A stretch of DNA of 64,000 nucleotides, from positions 2,046,001 through 2,110,000 of the forward strand of contig OZ024752.1 of assembly GCA_964016885.1 (NCBI GenBank), given 5' to 3'. Origin of the DNA: Eledone cirrhosa. Its lineage: Eukaryota. Shown here in pieces: positions 55,737-64,000 of the stretch (its first letter is position 1; every line of letters starts with the position of its first letter). The position numbers were made by a program, and so were the translations under genes. The notes beneath the pieces were generated by a model that was given only the letters and a program-made list of their open reading frames with translations, made no database searches and was not told where the DNA came from.

Positions 55737-56664
55737 TAAACCGTATATGAAGTTATCTGTTACCTGTATCAATAACGTGAGCTACAGTTAAGCAGGGACT
55801 TTGAATAATTGGTTTTTATTCTATTGCCTCTGTGATGTGGGATGTTTCATGTAGATAAAAACGATCAATATTTTCTAAATTCACCTAATAATGAGTCATA
55901 CCGCTTTAAGATGTGACTTTGTTTATAGGACAGTCTTCTATTTCACCATATATACACATCAATGTGCAATGCAATTTTAATTTTAAATCATCTAAATTAC
56001 ATTAGGTGGCATAAAGAAACGTAACAAGTTAAACATTTTCATGAAATAAATTGATATTTCTTCAATTTTCATATAATAGGAGCAGAATTTAATTTCTAAA
56101 AATGTCTCATATAAAATTGGCCGAAGGGAATAAAACATTGTTTTTCAGAAACTAAATGTCTCGCATTCCTTTATAAATACTTTAACCCCCGTGTATGTGA
56201 CACAGATCAGCACATATGATATAATAATGTGTCAGGTAATTGTCGTTTTGCAAGAAAAATAATCAACCTTATTGAAATATTTTACGAAACAATTCCTGCA
56301 GACAAAGTTTTAGCAACAGTTTTCAATGCGTCTTTAATCTACTTAATCTAAATACCCCAAACAAGCAAATAAACAACATTATTTCATTCGACCACATTTC
56401 TTGATTTGAGGCACATACTTTTACGAATATGACACAATAACTAGGAAGAGAAATTTACAAATCAGAATGCCGATCACACACGTCCTTTTACAGAAAATGT
56501 ATTTCGAGTTCGCCTCGTCAATTGACTGAAGATTCGTATACTCAACTAACGAATACACATTCATTCATTATACATTCCATAAGAAATCTCTCGTAATAAG
56601 ATTGTCAATTCATGAAACGTGACAAACTCTCAGATTTAGATTATTTAATACGTATGACAGGAAC

Positions 56665-56702
<38 letters not shown>

Positions 56703-56845
56703 CAGCAGCTGTAATAAAATCATATAATAAATTGCTATAACTGATTATATATATTTGTCCTTTCAGTACAGCTCCCCGTTTCTTTCTCTCTCACACATCA
56801 TGTACACAAACACATGGACACATGCACACACGCTCAGACCCCCTC

Positions 56846-56902
<57 letters not shown>

Positions 56903-56975
56903 GTTTACGCCGCAAGTTGATTGAATTACTCTACCTTAATATGTACAACTTATTTACCCGATGAAAAATACAATA

Positions 56976-57046
<71 letters not shown>

Positions 57047-57640
57047 ATATATAGAGGGAAATCCACATACGAGTGTGTTTTTCTTTACAGGAGTTTCAAA
57101 CCACGTGAAGAGAATATGAGCTAATAGAGGCATAGGAAAAAACATTAAAGTAAAAAGTATGAATTAAAATGAGAAACCAACCTCATACCTAGATCACACA
57201 TGTACAGACTCACCAGGAGATTGTTTCGCCATTTAAGTGGGTTCCAATTCGGTGGAATGCTCTATCGGCCATCACCTTTTCCCTGAACAACCCCGGTGTT
57301 GTGAACTTGTATGCAGGTGTGGTGATCCACATATAAACTAGCCTTTAGAAAAAGCAGAATAAATGCTTCACCTCCGAAAGAGGGATAACTCAAGAAGACA
57401 CGGGCGTAGATGTGTGTCATTATCTACTTTAAGAGAGAGATAGAGAAAGGGAGAGATATAGAAAGTATGAGAGGGAGAAAGAGGTTGGAGTGGGCAGAAA
57501 TATACAAAGCCAATGTTCCGTAATAATTTTTTAGCGACTGGACAAAGATAAAATCGAGAAAACAAGTTACTTAAAATAAAACTATTTGTTCCACACTACC
57601 AAAGTAAAGAAACTTGTCAGCAACTTTATATATATATACA

Positions 57641-58144
57641 TCTATATATATAAAACAGTGGCTGTCTGTCTGGCTGTCCCCTAAAACTCGAGAACCCCCC
57701 AACCGATGATTTTCAAAATTTACACATGTAATACTTATGGTGGTGTGAATTATGTTTTGAGCAAAACAATATTTCAAATGTTCAATGCCCTAGGGAGCGC
57801 ATTAGGAGCCGGTTAGCAATCTCACTCTCTTTCTTAGTCTGTCTTTTTAGATACATAGCTAAAACATCGCGCCCTTATAATATTTGTCTATATGTCTTGC
57901 TGTCTGCATTACGATATTATGAAATTATGAAAACGATATGAAAACTACGCTATCTGTGTGTGTGTATATATATACATTATATATACATATATACACACAA
58001 ATATATATATATATATATATATGTATATAGTGTGTAACGCTTTTCGAAATATTTACTTCTGCGTTCACAGATTGATTTTTTTAGTTTCAGAAGGTCCCGT
58101 TAAGGGTGAAGGCACCGATTCTTTACTTAAACTTTAATATCTTA

Positions 58145-58186
<42 letters not shown>

Positions 58187-58527
58187 TATATTCGTGTACA
58201 TATATTTTTCCATACACAAAGACAAAATATAAACAAACGTATTTATTTCACGAGGCTCGATAAGGATGAATATATATCAAATATATAAGAACCCTAGAGC
58301 AAATATTGTTCTCATTGATGACTTATTATCTTCGCTATTTTCCGTTCATTGCCACCCAATTAAGTTAAACGCCTGGTAATCTACGACGAATTTTTTTGAT
58401 AAGCACAAAATGTAGACACAATCCCAAGGCCGAGGTATTCCGTACTTCTCTGTACTGTTTCAAAAAGGAGGGATAAACATGCCAATCTATGTTTGGAATC
58501 ACTAGCAACGCCGGGCCATTCTACTAG
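57641..58527 (+). mobile_element. Non-autonomous Helitron with nested family E fragment (58035-58150)
   Basis: A|TCTATATATATAAAA..tgtctgtctg 5' end; gcaacgccggg..CTAG|T 3' end; A^T insertion site. Confidence 0.7.
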
Positions 58528-58693
58528 TATATATTATTGCATATAGAAATGATTGTACACCACCAATATACTATCTGTCGAAACACCCCCCCCCCCTCGT
58601 TTGGTACAAGGGAATATATATATTTATCTATAACTCTCTCTATATATATATATATACAGACACACACACACACACGCATACACACACACAGAT

Positions 58694-58728
<35 letters not shown>

Positions 58729-59571
58729 GAGAGAGAGAGAAATATATGTCTAGACATACATATATAAGTCTGTGTTTGGTTGTGTGTTATGTCTTTTGTG
58801 TGTGTCTTTATTTTTTCTCTTTCTTTACATGAAAAAAGATGAAGGGTCATAATCTCTGAAAAATGCTGAAGAATATGTTGAAATCTAGTTGTCCATAGTT
58901 GGTCCACCATTATTATGTTTTTAATTTCTTTTTATATTTCCTTTATTTCTATTATTAATAGTCACTTCAAGTTACTATGACCAATTTACCCAATGCATGG
59001 CCAGATGGGCTCTAAGCCAAATAATTAACAATGTGATATACATTTAGTTTACAATGGCTGACACACTCAGCATAAAATGATTTTACCCCACTTATTAATA
59101 GGCTAGACCTTGGATTGACAAGGCCATAATAAAGACGGGGTGAATATTATTGGTGATAGCCAACAGTACCGACGTCTGCCACATACCTGGCCTGACAAGG
59201 TTAATCAACGTGCAAATTGAACAATGGTGGAGTCGGTGATACTGTGTCTTTACATTGTAGCATGCACTATAATGCATGCTTCCATAACTAATCAACTTCA
59301 TAATTACCTCGTCTATTCTATTCCTCTCCTCCCAATATAACATTTCCTTCCCTACAATTGCTAGCTTATCAGAATTATTCACTCGCTGTTCCTTTCTCCC
59401 ACATACCTTTCCTTCATCATTTCACTGATTGGCTGTATTGTTCTAGAACTCTAGCCTTTGGCTGTTACCCGAATCAAACTCGCGTGTTTCATTCAGTAGT
59501 CACTTTGCTGCATTATTCACTATTTATGAGGTCACATGCATTCCAATATTTCCCTCACCCATCATTCCCTC

Positions 59572-61057
<1,486 letters not shown>

Positions 61058-61451
61058 ATAGGAATTAAAATACTGGAGCGTGTTGGAGTTAAACACCCTA
61101 TTCGTATTATAGAAATGACAGTAAAGGTATAGCTCAATGTAATTAAACAGAGCCGAAAATTATGAAAATAAACCAAAGAAGCCTTCAATACATCAACAGT
61201 CTTTATTAGCCAACAATGTTTCGTCCTATTAAGGACTCATCAGGGCAATTAAAGCTATAAGAAGCACTATCGGCCAATACAAGCCAAAAAACTCAGAAGA
61301 ATATGGTGTGTACAAACAATAAAGTATAGGAGAATATCAAGTATAAATTGCTAAGGAAGTGAATTACATTTTGAACCATATTACAAATATAGTCCAATGC
61401 AAAAACTAAAGCTAAACAAAGGTGTTAATATAGAGCGAAGTATTCAGTACT
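61058..61451 (-). mobile_element. pLTR fragment, family G
   Basis: Contains a canonical hammerhead; abuts the TA array. Confidence 0.7.
61205..61249 (-). ncRNA. Canonical minimal type I hammerhead
   Basis: Minus strand attgcc-CTGATGA-gtcc ttaata ggac-GAAAC-att-GTT-ggctaat. Confidence 0.85.
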
Positions 61452-61510
61452 TATTCCAGAATTAGCAGTTGAAACGGCTTGAGCTCAGCCGCCGGGGTCC
61501 TACTCATTCA
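61452..61510 (+). mobile_element. Family B pLTR end, inverted relative to the family G piece
   Basis: tccagaattagcagttgaaacggcttgagctcagccgccggggtcctactcattc, then (TA)n. Confidence 0.85.
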
Positions 61511-61512
61511 TA

Positions 61513-61565
<53 letters not shown>

Positions 61566-61627
61566 TGTATAATATATATATTTATATGTATATATATATA
61601 TATGTATATATATATATGTATATATAC

Positions 61628-61697
<70 letters not shown>

Positions 61698-61744
61698 TGT
61701 ATAATATATATATTTATATGTATATATATATATATGTATATATA

Positions 61745-61793
<49 letters not shown>

Positions 61794-61819
61794 GTATATA
61801 TAATATATATATACATATG

Positions 61820-61859
<40 letters not shown>

Positions 61860-62014
61860 TATCTACATATGTATATATAATATATATATGTACATATGTA
61901 TATATAATATATATATATACATATGTATATATAATATATATATATACATATGTATATATAATATATATATATACATATGTATATATAATATATATATATA
62001 CATATGTATATATA

Positions 62015-62050
<36 letters not shown>

Positions 62051-62087
62051 TTATATACATATGTATATATAATATATATATATATAC

Positions 62088-62161
<74 letters not shown>

Positions 62162-62165
62162 TATG

Positions 62166-62203
<38 letters not shown>

Positions 62204-62251
62204 CATATATATATAATATGTGTATATAATATATATATATATATACATATG

Positions 62252-62290
<39 letters not shown>

Positions 62291-62610
62291 TGTATATATA
62301 TATATATACATATGTATATATAATATATATATATACATATGTATGTATATATATATATGTATGTATATATATATATGTATATATATATCATATATATATA
62401 TATACATATGTATATATAATATATATATATATATATGTATGTATATATATATATGTATATATATATCATATATATATATATACATATGTATATATAATAT
62501 ATATATATACATATGTATGTATATATATATATGTATGTATATATATATATATGTATATATATATCATATATATATATAAATATGTATATATATATACATA
62601 TGTATATATA

Positions 62611-62656
<46 letters not shown>

Positions 62657-62681
62657 GTATATATAATATATATATATATAC

Positions 62682-62735
<54 letters not shown>

Positions 62736-63067
62736 TATATAATATGTGTATATAATATATATATATATATATATACATATGTATATAATATATATATATA
62801 TATATATATAAATATGTATATATATATATATACATATGTATATATAATATATATATATACATATGTATGTATATATATATATGTATGTATATATATATAT
62901 GTATATATATATCATATATATATAAAAATACGTATATATATATATATACATATGTATATATAATATATATATCTACATATGTATGTATATATACATATGT
63001 ATGTATATATATATATGTATGTATATATATATATATGTATATATATATAATATATATATATACATAT

Positions 63068-63150
<83 letters not shown>
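61511..63150. repeat. Variant (TA)n array
   Basis: Recurrent atacatatgtatatataatatatat units. Confidence 0.95.
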
Positions 63151-63151
<1 letters not shown>

Positions 63152-63960
63152 TCAGGTTTGAGGTTCACCACTGTATAGAGCTGGTCTATTCCGTATGGTC
63201 AATCGTAATGCAATAATATAGAGAGTACTCAACGTAAAGCAGTCCAACCGTCTTTGTTTTTGTAGTTGGTGGTGCTATTACGGAGTTAAATATCATAATG
63301 AAATGACAGGAGTCTGGATTTGTGTAAATCCTTGAAAGGTTTATTATACTATGATCATTTCAATGACCGGGTTCCGTATGAATCCGGTGATATCATCAGG
63401 TATTCGAAATATAATACGTGAATGTAATAGGTAAAATCCATGGGGCTGAAAATCGAGACCCGAGGGCGACCGCTATTCTGTTCCTTCAACCTCAGCCGGA
63501 CGCCCTGGAGTGACGTGGCTAAAGTTTATAGTATGCTACTACCGGGTCAGATAAACGAAAACAGAAAGGGATGGGAGCATAAGTTAACGTCGAACTCATG
63601 ACACAAGGTAAAAGAAAGAAAGAAAGGAAGGAGAGAGAAGAAGGGGGAAGAAAGAAGAAGAGAAGCCAGGGTTAATGTCAGCTAGAAGAAGAAAGGCAAC
63701 TACTACCGGTCAGATATAGGCAAGCAAGAGGGGGAAGGAAGATAAGTCTGCGGGAGGAAGACAGAAGGAGGGGAGAAGAGAAGGAAGGGAAGAGAGAAGT
63801 AGAAAAGTAAGGGTTGATGTCTACAAGAAGGAAGATAGAAAGAAAGAGGAAGAAAGGTCGATATTAATGTCAGACCACAGTCAAGCCAGGAGTGGCGCGA
63901 GAAAATGTTCACAGGGACCCGCATCTTAGCAGAGATGAATATATTGGGAGTCAGTGTGTC
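63151..63960 (-). mobile_element. pLTR fragment, family H
   Basis: Tail with GAGTACTC, hammerhead and pyrimidine-rich body on minus strand; (TA)n flanks. Confidence 0.65.
63346..63403 (-). ncRNA. Type I hammerhead, family H
   Basis: Minus strand atac-CTGATGA-tatcaccggattc atacg gaacccggtcatt-GAAA-tgatca-TA-gtat; palindromic stem III. Confidence 0.8.
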
Positions 63961-64000
63961 ACATTGTTATATGTATACATATATATATATATATATATAT

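Noticed and set aside
57200-57275. Hammerhead on minus strand (CCGATAGA..GAAAC)
   Set aside because: The core is altered and stems I and III do not pair convincingly

Overview
AT-rich, microsatellite-saturated eukaryotic DNA. The SINE types and repeat content suggest an octopus/cephalopod genome, but this is an inference. No host protein-coding gene is supported, and the hundreds of IYIY/HTHT/CVCV ORFs are microsatellite artefacts. The window is a dense accumulation of Penelope-like retroelements (PLEs; RT plus C-terminal GIY-YIG) from about 10 unrelated pLTR families, labelled A-I here for convenience, almost all bounded by (TA)n. It holds one nearly intact element (12683-16811) and several truncated ones with inverted 5' pLTRs. 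By eye I find about 25 type I hammerhead ribozyme motifs, including non-canonical cores (U3-A8 in two unrelated families, A4 fixed in a third) and ribozymes whose stem III is itself TA repeat. Many unrelated families share a 3'-tail stem-loop (RCTC..GAGYRCY) downstream of the ribozyme. Inverted 5' copies repeatedly stop at a TA-like word just before that stem-loop, and some insertions are chimeras of two families. Together these suggest a TA-primed, two-ended insertion mechanism with a shared cis-signal. Also present are tRNA-derived SINEs, RTE fragments including internally deleted copies with a candidate HDV-like ribozyme, two Helitron-like elements, MITE/foldback elements and three kb-scale variant TA arrays. 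All structures were folded and aligned by eye, and coordinates of degenerate ends are approximate.
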